Assembly: GCA_963733035.1 (NCBI GenBank)
Contig: CAVTBU010000008.1
Span: 160,001-224,000 of the forward strand
From: Pirellulales bacterium
Lineage (GTDB): Bacteria; Planctomycetota; Planctomycetia; Pirellulales; PALSA-1355
DNA: 64,000 nucleotides
Reading direction: 5' to 3'
Shown: positions 35,001 to 45,535 of the stretch, piece after piece
How positions within the stretch are numbered: position 1 is the stretch's first letter
Layout of the letters: each line of letters starts with the position of its first letter
Translations under genes and position numbers: made by a program
Notes under the pieces: generated by a model
Seen by the model: only the letters and a program-made list of their open reading frames with translations
Database searches by the model: none
Told to the model about the DNA's origin: nothing

Positions 35001-35487
35001 GATTGAGTATCTCAAATACACGGCCCCTGGCTTCTTGTTCGCCGCCGGCATGACGCCGCAAAACACGGCGGCGGCCTTGGCCGCCCTGCGATTGCTCGAA
35101 GCCGAGCCCGAACGGGTCACTCGGCTCCGCGAGCGCTCGGCCCTATTCCTTAAACTGGCTCGCCAACGCGGCCTCGACACGGGCCTCAGCGAAGGTTCGC
35201 CCGTAGTGCCGGTCATTCTGGGCCACTCGCTCGATTGCTTGCGATTGTCGCAGGCGTTGTTCGACCGGGGAATCAACGTCCAGCCGATTATGCATCCGGC
35301 CGTGGAGGAAAAAGCCGCTCGGCTGCGGTTCTTCATCACCTCAGAGCATTCCGAACGGCAGATCCGCGACACGATCGCGGCCGTCGCGGAAGAACTCAAG
35401 AAGATCGACCCGCGCTATCTTAAGAATCTGCACGGTACCAACGGCGCGCATGCATCAACGTCGGTCACGACGGCCGACGCACGCTGA
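32050..35487 (+). CDS. fatty acyl-AMP ligase - acyl carrier protein - alpha-oxoamine synthase (SPT/BioF family) fusion
   Basis: FAAL: FLQYTSGSTGIPKG, WLPSYHDMGLI, YGMAEATL, RTGDLG, NHYPQDIE, PKTSSGKIQR. ACP: LGLDSLE. AOS: SYNYVG, ASRLVSG, HNSI, EGVYSMDGD, DEAHS, GTLSK. GTG 32050 follows AGGA. Confidence 0.92.
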   Translation: MHLDHLPGSFFGPSNLVDLVQHRAAHSAHDRAFIYLVDGETEEIQLTYQELDRQARAVAVRLQELNLVGERALLLYPAGLDFIAAFFGCLYAGVVAVPAYPPRRNRSLSRIQAIADDAEARIALTTFSVWERVQPVLDQTPDLTRIEWLCTDKLPAEIEGQWQQPDVHGDTLAFLQYTSGSTGIPKGVVLTHANLMHNSASIAYAFEHTRSGSGVFWLPSYHDMGLIGGILQPLYIGQPNVLMSPMAFLQKPFRWLKAISRYRATIGGGPNFAYDLCVRKITPEQRATLDLSSWNLAFNGAEPVRAETLDAFSKTFEPCGFRRTAFYPCYGMAEATLIVTGGFKAALPVVRTFDAEALENNQVVDALADEEGAREMVGSGGKLLDQRIVIAHPEHLTTMPPDQVGEIWVSGPSVAQGYWNRPEETERTFHAYLKDTGEGPFLRTGDLGFMQDGELFITGRLKDLIIIRGLNHYPQDIEATAEKSHSRLRPGNGAAFACEIDGVERLILVQEIERGQQNELDAVIECIRRNVSVEHELAVDAVALMKAGSIPKTSSGKIQRHACRQAFLDGSLEAVAMWRTWSGPIKPPAPPEMAPRKSVGEVPRETAPAGTPRLNGSLQAPATQLVDLSTAEVVLEHVRRVAKERAVGITLDSSIPELGLDSLERMEIIAALEETYGGRFPEEVLPQIETVREVAAAVETYLGKTPKTPALRAASEEIPEETYRFELFPEYRRLQQQMQDTYSAGYRNPFFTVHERVINDTTLIDGREMVSFSSYNYVGTSGDPRVVAAVKRAVERYGTSVSASRLVSGEKPIHRELEQALADFVGVEAALAFVGGHSTNETTLGHLLGPGDLILHDALAHNSIIQGAILSGARRRSFPHNDWRELDKLLAELRHTYRRVVIAIEGVYSMDGDIADLPQFIDVKKRHKALLYVDEAHSAGILGARGRGIAEHFGIDPHEVDIWMGTLSKAFGSCGGYIAGPNALIEYLKYTAPGFLFAAGMTPQNTAAALAALRLLEAEPERVTRLRERSALFLKLARQRGLDTGLSEGSPVVPVILGHSLDCLRLSQALFDRGINVQPIMHPAVEEKAARLRFFITSEHSERQIRDTIAAVAEELKKIDPRYLKNLHGTNGAHASTSVTTADAR

Positions 35488-35787
35488 CACGGCTCCGCCG
35501 TCTCACGCCGATCGTGGTAGCCACCATCGAATCGTGGCAAACCAAACCGAGCTTGACGGGGAAATACGCACTGCATGCACTCATCTGCTGGCGCCTCGCA
35601 TTTGTTTTTGTCAACGTCTTGCGCCCGTTAATCGCCGATAACCAAACTGGCGGCATCGTCACGTTGCCGCCAGCCTGGTTTAGCGATGCTTCACCTCCAA
35701 CCGGGCTCGATCACCTCGTCCGTCGAACGGAAACTCCCGCCCCGTCCGCGTCCTGCCGCGGATGACCCACTCGAGAGGGATACTGCC

Positions 35788-36474
35788 GTGAGCAAGCTAC
35801 AATTGCTACCTTGGATTCGTCGCTGGCGTTCGAGCGTTTGGAGCGGCTGGCCGGAGGAAGCTTACAATCAACCTCGTTACCAGCAGCGCCTCGCGACCGT
35901 TCGTGAACACCTCGCCGAGTGCATCGACACGGCCCCGAAAGGCCCCGTGCGAATCATCAGCATGTGTGCCGGCGACGGCCGTGACTTGGTTGGCGTCCTC
36001 GCGTCGCATCGGCGTCAAGCGGACGTAGTCGCCTGGCTGGTGGAATTGAACCCCGAATCGTTTGCCGCGGGGCGTCGCCGAGCAAGCAGCGCCGGCCTTG
36101 AGCGTGCGGTACGTTTTCTCAACGAGGACGCGACGGCTTTTGCGACGTACCAGCAGCTGGCACCCGCAGATATCGTGCTTGCGTGCGGCGTTTGGGGACA
36201 TGTGCCGGCCGACGAACGAGCACAGTTAGTCGCGGCCTTGACCCGTCTGTGCAAGCCTGGAGGAAAAGTGATTTGGACGCGCGGCGTGTCGAAAGGCGCG
36301 ACGCGACTGCACGACATCCAATCGCTGTTTGCCGATTCCGAGTGGGATCAAACGCGCGCGAGTCTCACGTCCGATGGAAACTGGGCGGTGGTCACGCACT
36401 GCTACCAGGGCCCACTTCGAGAGCTGCCTGGCCACGGACAAATCTTCCATTTCGAGCGATGCGCGAAGTCGTAG
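35788..36474 (+). CDS. class I SAM-dependent methyltransferase
   Basis: SMCAGDGRD motif I, LVELN, DIVLACGVWGH, PGGKVIWTR; GAGGG RBS before GTG. Confidence 0.75.
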   Translation: MSKLQLLPWIRRWRSSVWSGWPEEAYNQPRYQQRLATVREHLAECIDTAPKGPVRIISMCAGDGRDLVGVLASHRRQADVVAWLVELNPESFAAGRRRASSAGLERAVRFLNEDATAFATYQQLAPADIVLACGVWGHVPADERAQLVAALTRLCKPGGKVIWTRGVSKGATRLHDIQSLFADSEWDQTRASLTSDGNWAVVTHCYQGPLRELPGHGQIFHFERCAKS

Positions 36475-36519
36475 CACGTTTCCGCTGACGGATGCACGTT
36501 GAGTCGGCCTATCGCCGGG

Positions 36520-37498
36520 TTACACGTAGCCATTCTCACGAAACCACTGCCAGGCGTCGGCCGCGGACTCGCGAAACGGCCGCGAGCGGTAGCCCAGCTC
36601 GGCTTCAGCGCGCGCGCTGGAAAAGTTGCGTCGTTGCGCCGCGATTGCCGTGGCGGCGCTGTTCACGTCTGGTTCTCGGCCGGTCGACCTTTGCCACCAG
36701 GTCTCCAACATATCCGGCGCCGTATCGAATGAGCGGCCCCACGGGGAATATGGGGGGCGTGCCGCCGCTCACTTCGGCGAAAATTCGCCAGGCCTGGCGA
36801 TAGGTGAGCACGTGCCCCCCCAAGATGTAGCGCCGTCCTGCCTGTCCTCGCTCGAGCGCCGCGAGAATCCCATCGGCCACGTCGCGAACATCGCAAAAGC
36901 AATTTCCACCCGTCGGCACCCAAAGCCCCCAGCCTCTCCCCACCGAAAGCAACATCCGCCCGGACGACGGCTTCCAGTCGTAGGGGCCAATCATGAACCC
37001 CGGGTTGACGATCATGGCCCTGAGGCCCGCGGCAACCTCCTCGAGCACGACCTGCTCGGCCTGGCGTTTCGTCACGACGTACGGAATGGAAAGCCCGCCA
37101 ATAATCGGGGTTTCCTCGTCCACCGGCACATTGGCCGGTGCCCGTCCCAGCGCATCAATGCTGGAAACATGCACCATAGCAGCCCCGGCGGCCCGGGCAG
37201 CGCCGGCCACATGCCGCGTGCCGATCACATTGATCGCCTCCGCCTGCTGCATGCCGGTCCAGCCAATTCGCACCGACGCCGCGGCATGGACCACTCGATC
37301 GACGCCTCGCACGGCGTCGCTGACCGCCTGACGATCGCGAATATCTCCTGGCGCAACTTCCAGATTTCGCAACCCGGCCAGCGGGCGGGGATCGGCCGTT
37401 GCGCGGACCAGCACCCGCACGGTGTCCCCTTCAGCCAGAAGTCGTCGCACGACGTTGTTGCCAACGAGCCCCGTGGCCCCGGTGACCAGCGTAATCAT
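36520..37498 (-). CDS. NAD-dependent epimerase/dehydratase (extended SDR, HpnA/dihydroflavonol reductase-like), frameshift near 36687
   Basis: LVTGATGLVG, VVHAAA, HVSS, YVVTK (YxxxK), DVRDVADG; C-terminus SSARAEAELGY..DAWQWF in a second frame. Confidence 0.9.
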
Positions 37499-37658
37499 CA
37501 CCCACCGCCCGTCCCGCACTTTCCGCCTGGTAACGCCCGAAAACGGCGTGTGCACGCCTCATCTCAACATGACAGAGCTAGGCAAAAGCGGCAATCCAAA
37601 ATAGAATGCTGGTGTGCGATCTGTTCTTTCTCATTTTCACCGCTGAGAGGTCGAAAGC

Positions 37659-37835
37659 GTGCTAACCGAGCAAGAAGTGACCCGCAGTTGGGCGCGTTTG
37701 TTCAAGGGGGAGAAAACCAGCGAGACCTTTGCCAAGGCAGAGACATTGCTGGACGAACTCCGCCCAGAGAGCCCTCTTCGTCACCGCTTGAGCAACGAGC
37801 TGGAAGAGTTGCGCGAGCTGGCGACGCAAGACTAG
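37659..37835 (+). CDS. small helical hypothetical protein (58 aa), absent from the ORF track
   Basis: GAGAGG RBS then GTG; MLTEQEVTRSWARLFKGEKTSETFAKAETLLDELRPESPLRHRLSNELEELRELATQD*. Confidence 0.7.
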   Translation: MLTEQEVTRSWARLFKGEKTSETFAKAETLLDELRPESPLRHRLSNELEELRELATQD

Positions 37836-38066
37836 GCCAGTCAACAAGCCGCGTCTGAATCAAAATTGAACCGCGTCCTACGGGCGTTTTGTCATTGCCC
37901 GCCGCCCCAGTGCCGGTGGCTCGCAAATCGCGATCCGGCAATTGCGGTGTTCAGTCTCTCATTTGGACATCGCTCAAGGCGGTGTTCGCCCGTCGCTCAT
38001 GTTGCCGCCCACTGCCACCGCGGCCTCACAATCGCCAAGCGCCGCTCGAACGTTGGGTTCGATGAT

Positions 38067-39389
38067 TTAGCGGTTGATGGAGACACCAAAGTTCAAGCCG
38101 TTGGCGAAGAAGATCTGGTTGTCGTTCAAGTGGATGCCGACCAAGTTGACCGCATCGTAGTTGATGCTGTTGCTGGCCCGCGAGATGTTGCCGACAACCA
38201 GGCCCGTGTACCCCGCATTGATTGCCACGCTGCGTGTCACGTTGTAGGCGACATTCACGCGAAGCTCACCGACCGGCGAGAAGGTGGTCGTATACAAGTG
38301 ATTGTCGACTCCCAAGCCGCGCGAAATGCTGTCTCGCGTCTCCCGAGGGCGGATTCTGGAGTGCTAGGGTGCCAAAGTTCCCCTTGAGGTGCAGATTCTG
38401 GAAATTCGCCGCCGCCAAAAAGCGAGCGGATAGCGAAGTGACCCACCGTTGGCGTTGATGGAAAAATCGGACGCCAATCTGGGGACCGACGAGATTGTTC
38501 AATGCTCGCATGCTCCACTGGCTGGCATCGAGAATATTTGTTGAGAACGTACCGGTGCCGCCAGGACCGCCGATAGACAGCGTACCGCTTCCATTTCCGT
38601 CGCCCTGGACCCAGAACGTGTCGTTGATCTGCAGCCAGCGTACACCATAGAGACAGTTCGAAGTAAGCGCCCGTATGGAGCCTCCGAGCACGGTAGAATC
38701 GGCTAATTTCCACGCCGTTCATCTGCAGCAGATTCTTCATCCGGAATTCTTGAAAACGATAGGGAATCTCGAACGTTGCGAGCGGAGCCGCCCGAAAGGA
38801 ATCCCTGCAGGAGCCCCCCCGGATCGCCAAAGAAGAATGCCGGGGTTTCGTCAACGCGATACTGTCCCTGGCTGACATGGTCCAGTACGCTCACTAACCA
38901 CCCGTAGTCGTCGGTATCGACGTAGCCCATTTCCCAGCGATTGCCCCAGGCACCAGTGGCACCAATGAAACGATTGTCGACGCCGGGGCCATCGGCAAAC
39001 GGTGCGAATGGTTGGAATGGTGAACGGATTAGTTTCGTACTGCCAACATATGCCATCTGCGGCGCCGCCAACGACCAATACAGTCGCTCGAAGTCGAAGA
39101 AGTACCCAATGTTCGCCTTCTGGCCTCGCCCGTAGCTACTCGTTTCGGCCGGAGCGAACCAGTCGAACCGCGGTTCAAACCCCAACGGCTTGAACGGCTC
39201 GATGATCGGGTGCCCCGTGTCCGACCCGTCTTCCGCCATCGGCGCACTCGCGTTTTCGTAGTTGGGCGTCGGCGTGGGATAGTACACGCCCGAGTGAGCC
39301 GGTTGAGCGATTGCCCGCTCGGCCAGCAAGACCAAGGCTCCCAGCATCAGTAGCCAGATTGCCGTACGTCGAATCAACATGTTTCGCAT
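38067..39389 (-). CDS. BBP7-like outer-membrane beta-barrel protein, three frameshifts (about 38780, 38653, 38322)
   Basis: Signal peptide; GNRWEMGY, NGVEI, YGVRWLQ, NNLVGPQIG, FSPVGELR and C-terminal NGLNFGVSINR across four frame segments. Confidence 0.7.
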
Positions 39390-39464
39390 CCACCTTGGCT
39401 CGCACTTGGATTGCCGCGCGTCCGCCCTCCAACACCGAGAGCCCGCGCATTGGGTGTGACGGTT

Positions 39465-39492
39465 TTATCGGCCGTGCCTGTGACGCGAATTA
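39465..39492 (-). promoter_or_regulatory. possible sigma28-type promoter for the beta-barrel gene
   Basis: Minus strand TAAT-N16-GCCGATAA; the -10 element matches the FliA consensus exactly, the -35 is imperfect. Confidence 0.35.
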
Positions 39493-39874
39493 AGTAAGAA
39501 CGGCAAAGTCTGCCGAAAAAGCCGGCCGTACGGCGGGTCCTGGCGTAAAGCTGGGTTCTCTGCGGCGAGTTGGCCGGCGGATTTCTGCCAAATCCCGATA
39601 GCATTGCTGTCGAAATTGACGTCTATTCACCGCAAATCGCCAGCAGGATTGGTATTTGGGGAAAAGTCTGCGGGCCGAAGGTTTGGCCTCCGCGCATCAC
39701 CGACCGCCGTGCCAAGCTTTCTTGCAGCCGTCCCTTCCGCCGCGGAGCATTCCGCAGCCAGGCTTGGGCCCGTTGTTTGTCGGTCCTTACGTCGACGCGT
39801 ATACTTTCGCTTGGAAGCCCCTTTTCCCCGAGCGGTTTCCCAAACTGCCCCTCTTCGAATAAAGGAACTTCACC

Positions 39875-40816
39875 ATGAAGCGACTCCGCCTGCTCGAATC
39901 GTTGGGATGCCTGGGTCTTGTGCTAGCGGGCTGGTGCGGGGGAGCGGTGGCCGATGAGCCGGCGACCAAGGTTGCCGAGACCAGACCCAAGTACATCCGT
40001 ATTACCCGCGATAAAGAAGACGAACCGATCGCCTTGCAGACGGCGATCGTGCATTTTGTGCCGGTCGATGCCGACGCGGGGAATCTGCATGTCGACCTGG
40101 TCGGGGCTGTGCACGTCGGGGAAAAGAGCTATTACGACGCCCTGAACGACGCATTCGAGGACTATGACGTCGTGCTCTACGAGCTGGTGGCGCCAGAGGG
40201 GACGCGAGTTCCCAAGGGGGGCAAGACCAGCGCGCATCCGGTGGCACTGTTGCAGAACGGCCTGAAAGGCATGCTGGCACTCGAGCATCAGCTCAATTTA
40301 GTCGACTACACCAAGGAGAACATGATCCACGCCGACATGTCTCCCGACGACTTTGCCAAGAGCATGGAGGACCGCAACGAGAGCTTCTTCGGCATGTTCG
40401 CCCGCATGATGGGACAAGCCATGGCCCAGCAGTCGGTTCAGAAGAACAAGACGTCCGACTTCGATGTGCTAGCGGCGCTGTTCAGCCCGGACCGCGCCAA
40501 ATCGATGAAGCGCATCATGGCCGAACAGTTTGAGAATGTCGAGGGGGTCATGGGAGCTCTCGAAGGCCCGGACGGCTCGACGATCATCACCGAGCGCAAC
40601 AAAGTTGCCCTCAAAAAGCTGGCGGAGCAGATCGCGGCCGGCAAAAAGAAGATTGCGATCTTTTACGGGGCAGGGCATTTGGGCGACATGGAAAAGCGCC
40701 TCACCGGCGAGGACTTCAAACTAAAGCGCTCCGGCGAGGACTGGCTCGACGCCTGGCACCTTGGCGCGGAGCCGCCCGCCAAACCTGCCGACGAAACTCC
40801 AAAGAAAGCCGCCTAG
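39875..40816 (+). CDS. secreted TraB/GumN-like protein
   Basis: Signal peptide; GAVHVGE, VLYELV, ERNKVAL, IFYGAGHL; AAGGAA RBS. Confidence 0.65.
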   Translation: MKRLRLLESLGCLGLVLAGWCGGAVADEPATKVAETRPKYIRITRDKEDEPIALQTAIVHFVPVDADAGNLHVDLVGAVHVGEKSYYDALNDAFEDYDVVLYELVAPEGTRVPKGGKTSAHPVALLQNGLKGMLALEHQLNLVDYTKENMIHADMSPDDFAKSMEDRNESFFGMFARMMGQAMAQQSVQKNKTSDFDVLAALFSPDRAKSMKRIMAEQFENVEGVMGALEGPDGSTIITERNKVALKKLAEQIAAGKKKIAIFYGAGHLGDMEKRLTGEDFKLKRSGEDWLDAWHLGAEPPAKPADETPKKAA

Positions 40817-41074
40817 CCGTCAGTGGCGTTCCGCAACCGGCTGCTCGCCGTCGGGGCCAACCCCGTCAGTTTTGATGCAACTCGCATTGCTCGAGCCACG
40901 GTTTTTCAAGCGCCTGCGCGCGTGATAGCATGCATACCGAAAACCAAGGCGCCCGCTCCGGCCGTCTCGCTTTACACGCGCGCAGCGATGCTCCATACTA
41001 GCGGACCGCGATTGACCGCCGATGCGCCTCCAGTCGGCGTCGCGGTGTTGTTTTGGTGAGCGCGGGAGTGGTCC

Positions 41075-41893
41075 ATGGCAGGCCTGTCGGTCAGTGAATT
41101 GACGACCTATCGCTGGTCGTTCGAGGAAGATGTTGCCCAATACAAGGCGGCCGGCATCCAGGCGATGGGCGTCTGGCGGCGGAAACTAACCGACTACGGC
41201 GAACAGCGCGGAATCCAACTGCTGCGCGACAGCGGCTTGCGGGCCTCCAGTCTTCTGTGGGCCGGTGGATTCACCGGCAGCGACGGTCGCAGCTACGAGG
41301 AAAGCATCGCTGACGCGCGCGAGGCGATCCAGTTGGCCGCATCGCTCGAGGCCGGCTGCCTCGTCGTCTATAGCGGTGGTCGCAACGGCCATACACAAAA
41401 CCATGCCCGGCGGCTGTTTGCTACCGCGCTGCGCGAGTTGCTCCCTTGGGCCGAGGAGATGGGTGTCACACTGGCCGTGGAGCCGATGCACCCGGGCTGC
41501 GCCGAGGAGTGGACGTTTCTAACCAGCCTCGCCGAGGCAATGGCGTTAATCGACGGCATCGGTCACACGCGCGTCAAGCTCGTGTTCGACACCTATCACC
41601 TGGGATATGAGCGGACCATCATTGAGCAAATCGGCCGGATCGCCCCGCACATCGCCGTGGTCCACTTGGGAGACGGTTGCACGCCTCCTGATCGCGAACA
41701 AAACCGGAACTGTCTCGGCGAAGGGTCGCTCCCCTTGGGTCCGATGATAAAGGCGCTCCAACGCGCGGGCTACAGCGGACATTACGACGTCGAACTGCTG
41801 GGCGAATCCGTCGAACACCGCGACTACCGCGAATTGCTCGAGCACTCGAAGTGCGCGTTCCACAGATTGATGGCCTGCGCGGAACGGCCATAG
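41075..41893 (+). CDS. sugar phosphate isomerase/epimerase (xylose isomerase-like TIM barrel)
   Basis: LAVEPMHP, FDTYH, VHLGD, GYSGHYDVEL. Confidence 0.9.
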   Translation: MAGLSVSELTTYRWSFEEDVAQYKAAGIQAMGVWRRKLTDYGEQRGIQLLRDSGLRASSLLWAGGFTGSDGRSYEESIADAREAIQLAASLEAGCLVVYSGGRNGHTQNHARRLFATALRELLPWAEEMGVTLAVEPMHPGCAEEWTFLTSLAEAMALIDGIGHTRVKLVFDTYHLGYERTIIEQIGRIAPHIAVVHLGDGCTPPDREQNRNCLGEGSLPLGPMIKALQRAGYSGHYDVELLGESVEHRDYRELLEHSKCAFHRLMACAERP

Positions 41894-41901
41894 CCGTTTG
41901 T

Positions 41902-43299
41902 CTAGAAGACGCGGTTCATGCCGTTGAGCGCCGCCACACGATAAGCCTCGGCCATCGTCGGATAGTTGAACGTCGTGTTCGTGAAATAGCGAATCGTATT
42001 GTATGGGGCGGGTTGGGCCATGATAGCCTGACCAATATGCACGATCTCCGCCGAGTTTTGCCCGAAACAGTGGATACCCAACAGCGCCAGCGTCTCACGA
42101 TGAAACAGCAGCTTGAGCATACCCACGGTTAGCCCGGTAATTTGCGCTCGGGCCAGATGCTTGAACTGGGCCTTCCCGACTTCGTAGGGCACCTTCTCCT
42201 CGGTCAACTGCCGCTCGGTCTTGCCGAGGGAGGAAATTTCGGGGCTGGTGTAAATGCCGGTGGGAATATCCTCGACGAGGTACAGGTTCACGTCGCCGCA
42301 GAAATGACTGGCGGCAAACCGCCCCTGATCATACGACGCACTTGCCAACGACGGATAGCCCACGACGTCCCCCACGGCGTAAATGTGCGGTTGCGCCGTC
42401 TGGTAGTGTTCGTTGACCTCGATCTGGCCACGGTGATTGGGTTTGACGCCGATGTTCTCCAGACCAAGAGTATCGGTGTTGCCGCTGCGGCCGTTGGCCC
42501 ACAACAGGATATCGGAGCGAACTTTTTTGCCGCTCTTTAGATGCAGAATCACACCTTCCCCGGTCCCCTCGACGCGCTCGTACTCCTCGCTGTGCAGGAT
42601 TCGCACCCCGTTTTCCGACAAGTGGTAGCTTAGCGCCGAAACGATCTCGTCGTCGAGAAACGACAACAGCCGATCGCGAGTGTTGATGAGCGTGACTCGG
42701 GCCTGCATGTTGCGCCACATCGACGCATACTCGCAGCCCACCACTCCGGCCCCATAAATCGTGATACTGGCGGGAGTGCGATTGAGCGTCAGCAGCGTGT
42801 CACTATCGAAAATGTTGGGGTGCGAAAAGTCGACATCCCGAGGGCGATACGGCCGCGAACCGCTGGCAATGACAAAGCCCCGCGCGGTAACCCGCTTGGT
42901 GGCACTTCCCGGGTTTTCGATCTCGATCGTATGCGGATCGACGAACCGCCCGGTGCCGGCCAGCAGATCGACGTCGTTGCGCTCGTAAAACCCTTCGCGC
43001 AGATCAACTTGTTTGGCGATCACGGCATTGGCCGTTGCCAACAGTTCCGGAAAGGAAAACCGCGATTGCGCCTCGAGCCGCGTATTGACGCGCAGCTGAT
43101 TGCAAAGGTTTGCGTGATAGATCGCCTGCCGCAGTGCCTTGCTGGGAATCGTGGCCCAATGCGTGCATCCGCCCCCCACGCATGAGAACCGCTCGATGGC
43201 TGCCACTCGCAGGCCTGCCTTGGAGGCCCGCATCGCGGCGCCTTCGCCACCTGGCCCGGTGCCGATGACCGCGAAATCGTACTGCTGCGTTTCCACCAT
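41902..43299 (-). CDS. sthA: soluble pyridine nucleotide transhydrogenase
   Basis: 465 aa from ATG 43299 with [58 protein letters not shown]. Confidence 0.93.
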   Translation of the reverse strand: MVETQQYDFAVIGTGPGGEGAAMRASKAGLRVAAIERFSCVGGGCTHWATIPSKALRQAIYHANLCNQLRVNTRLEAQSRFSFPELLATANAVIAKQVDLREGFYERNDVDLLAGTGRFVDPHTIEIENPGSATKRVTARGFVIASGSRPYRPRDVDFSHPNIFDSDTLLTLNRTPASITIYGAGVVGCEYASMWRNMQARVTLINTRDRLLSFLDDEIVSALSYHLSENGVRILHSEEYERVEGTGEGVILHLKSGKKVRSDILLWANGRSGNTDTLGLENIGVKPNHRGQIEVNEHYQTAQPHIYAVGDVVGYPSLASASYDQGRFAASHFCGDVNLYLVEDIPTGIYTSPEISSLGKTERQLTEEKVPYEVGKAQFKHLARAQITGLTVGMLKLLFHRETLALLGIHCFGQNSAEIVHIGQAIMAQPAPYNTIRYFTNTTFNYPTMAEAYRVAALNGMNRVF

Positions 43300-43420
43300 G
43301 AATCTCCTCGGACAATACGAGCGGCTAACGCTTTTGCCGCCCGACGCAGCGTTTTCCGAGTCTCGCGACGAAGCCCGGACCGGTTGATCGCTGCCCCAGG
43401 CAAGGCTACGTCGCTGGTGC

Positions 43421-44886
43421 CTATTTTGCGCCCGGCTGCCGGGGATCAACTCCAAACATACCAGCCGGTCGGCCCCGCGAACGTATAACAACCCGTGCGA
43501 AAGGATCGGGGCGGCCCAGGCCGGATACCGCAACAGCCGTGCCGGCTGAAAGTCGAACGGATTCGGCTCGGTGAGCGGCCGTTCGACAAGTTCCGCCTTG
43601 GCCACCAGGTCGTACTTCCGCGGATTCACTTTGACGAGCCGCAGCGTACCGTCTTCCGACAGGCACACAAAGTGTCCATCGACATACAACAACGACGAGC
43701 GGGTCAGATCGGGCTCACTCCAGATCACTTCGCCGGTTTCGAATTCAATGCATCGCAACTCCGCATTTTCCGTATGACGCCCGCTCGAAGCATAGACGTA
43801 GCCGTCGAGATATACCGGCGTGTTCCAGTGCGTTTGCAAAACCTTATCCCGCGGATGGTCCTCGTCTGACCATACGACCTGCGGTGGCTGCCCGGCCTTG
43901 ACGCGGAGCAATGCGGCGCCCGGTCCGTATGTTTCAGAAATCAGCACCTGGTCGCCCACGACGACCGGTGTGCTGGCGTTCACGCTCTCCAAAATCTTCG
44001 CCCGCCAGGGAAACTGGAAATCGACTTTGCCGCTCGATGGCTCGAAACCCACCAATCCACCGCGCGCAAACACAAAACACCAGCGGCGACCGTCGATGGT
44101 GGCCAACTTGGGCCCCGCGTACGCAGCCAGTTCGTCGGTAATGGCATACTTCACTTTGCCGGTGCGCTTGTCGAACGCGACGATGCCGGTGCCGTTACCC
44201 TCGATCAAATCCAGCCGGCCAGGCGGCGCGCTCTTGCTCTCCGGCGGGCTGCCACCGATTTGCGCAATTAGCAGGTCGCCTTCGATCACCGGCGTGCTCC
44301 CCACGCCAAAGAAATTCTGAATCACGCCAAACTTCTCCGCCGTGTCGATCTTCCACAGCGGTTTGCCACTGGCCGCGTCAAGGCAATGCAGCATCCCTTC
44401 GGCGCCAAAGATGTACACGCGGCCGTCATCGACAACCGGCGAACACCGTGGACCGTTGTCGTAGCCGTAAAGATCCTCGAAGTCGCTATCGTAGGTAAAC
44501 TGCCATTGCGGCTTTCCCCTCAAGCGATCGACACAGCGCAACCGAGCCTGGTCGCCGTCGCGGTCGAATTGATAAAGCCGGCCCGTAGCGATCGTCGGCA
44601 TGCCGTAACCCGACCCCAGCTTGAGTTGCCACACGAGCGGCGGGCCGCTGGCGGGCCACTGGGTGAGAATGCCGGTTTCGGTCGACTTGCTATCGGCCGT
44701 AGGTCCCAAAAAATATGGCCAATCGGTGCCTTGCTGAAGGGCGCCCCCGGAGGCTCCGGGAGCCTCCGCCGCGCGACCTGGCGTCGCCGCCATCAATAAA
44801 GTTGCCAGGCCGACAACGAAAATGGTGAACCAGTCAGCATTTCCCCGTTCGGGTGAGCGGGCTAGGATTGGGTGGCGCACATTCAT
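43421..44886 (-). CDS. PQQ-binding-like beta-propeller protein (reads through into sthA in this assembly)
   Basis: Signal peptide, [48 protein letters not shown] typical C-terminus; +1 C in CCCC near 43443 gives the stop at 43421. Confidence 0.8.
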
Positions 44887-44907
44887 GGCTTTAGTTTCGG
44901 TCGAACC

Positions 44908-45327
44908 TTGCTAGTCGTCAATTCACGAATCCAGATTCCCGACACCGAACTTCAGTGGTCGTTTGTGCGCAGTTCCGGTCCGGGCGGGCAAAACGTCAAT
45001 AAGGTCAGCAGCAAGGCGGTGCTCCGCTTGCGCATGATCGACAGTCCGTCCATACCACCAGACGTCCGCGAGCGATTCCGAACGCGCTATCGAAGCCGCC
45101 TGACCAGCGAAGGCGAAATCGTGATCAGCAGTCAGCGCTACCGCGATCAGGGCCGCAATGTCGAAGACGCCAAGGAAAAACTAGCTGCTCTGATCGCCAG
45201 CGTCGCGACTCCGCCAAAAAAACGCAATCCAACCAAACCGTCGCGGGCGGCCGTGGCCAGACGGATCGAATCCAAACAGGCCACTTCCAAAAAAAAGCAA
45301 CTCCGCCGCCGAGTGCGCGAGGAATAA
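44908..45327 (+). CDS. arfB: alternative ribosome rescue peptidyl-tRNA hydrolase
   Basis: [17 protein letters not shown], basic tail [16 protein letters not shown]. Confidence 0.93.
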   Translation: MLVVNSRIQIPDTELQWSFVRSSGPGGQNVNKVSSKAVLRLRMIDSPSIPPDVRERFRTRYRSRLTSEGEIVISSQRYRDQGRNVEDAKEKLAALIASVATPPKKRNPTKPSRAAVARRIESKQATSKKKQLRRRVREE

Positions 45328-45535
45328 GGCCAGGGGGCGCTCGTTGCTGGAAGACTTTGCGGGCTGGGAAAACTGTCCGGGAGGTGAGCCTTACAAGTCG
45401 GTGTAGTTTCTCGGCACAAGAGAAAGTCGCGATCGTGCGACATCCGATGATTGTACTAGGGGACGCGACCAGCCCGCGTCCTCCCCGCCTCGCCGACCCT
45501 TCCCCCACGCTTACGACTGAAAGGGACGCTGCGCA

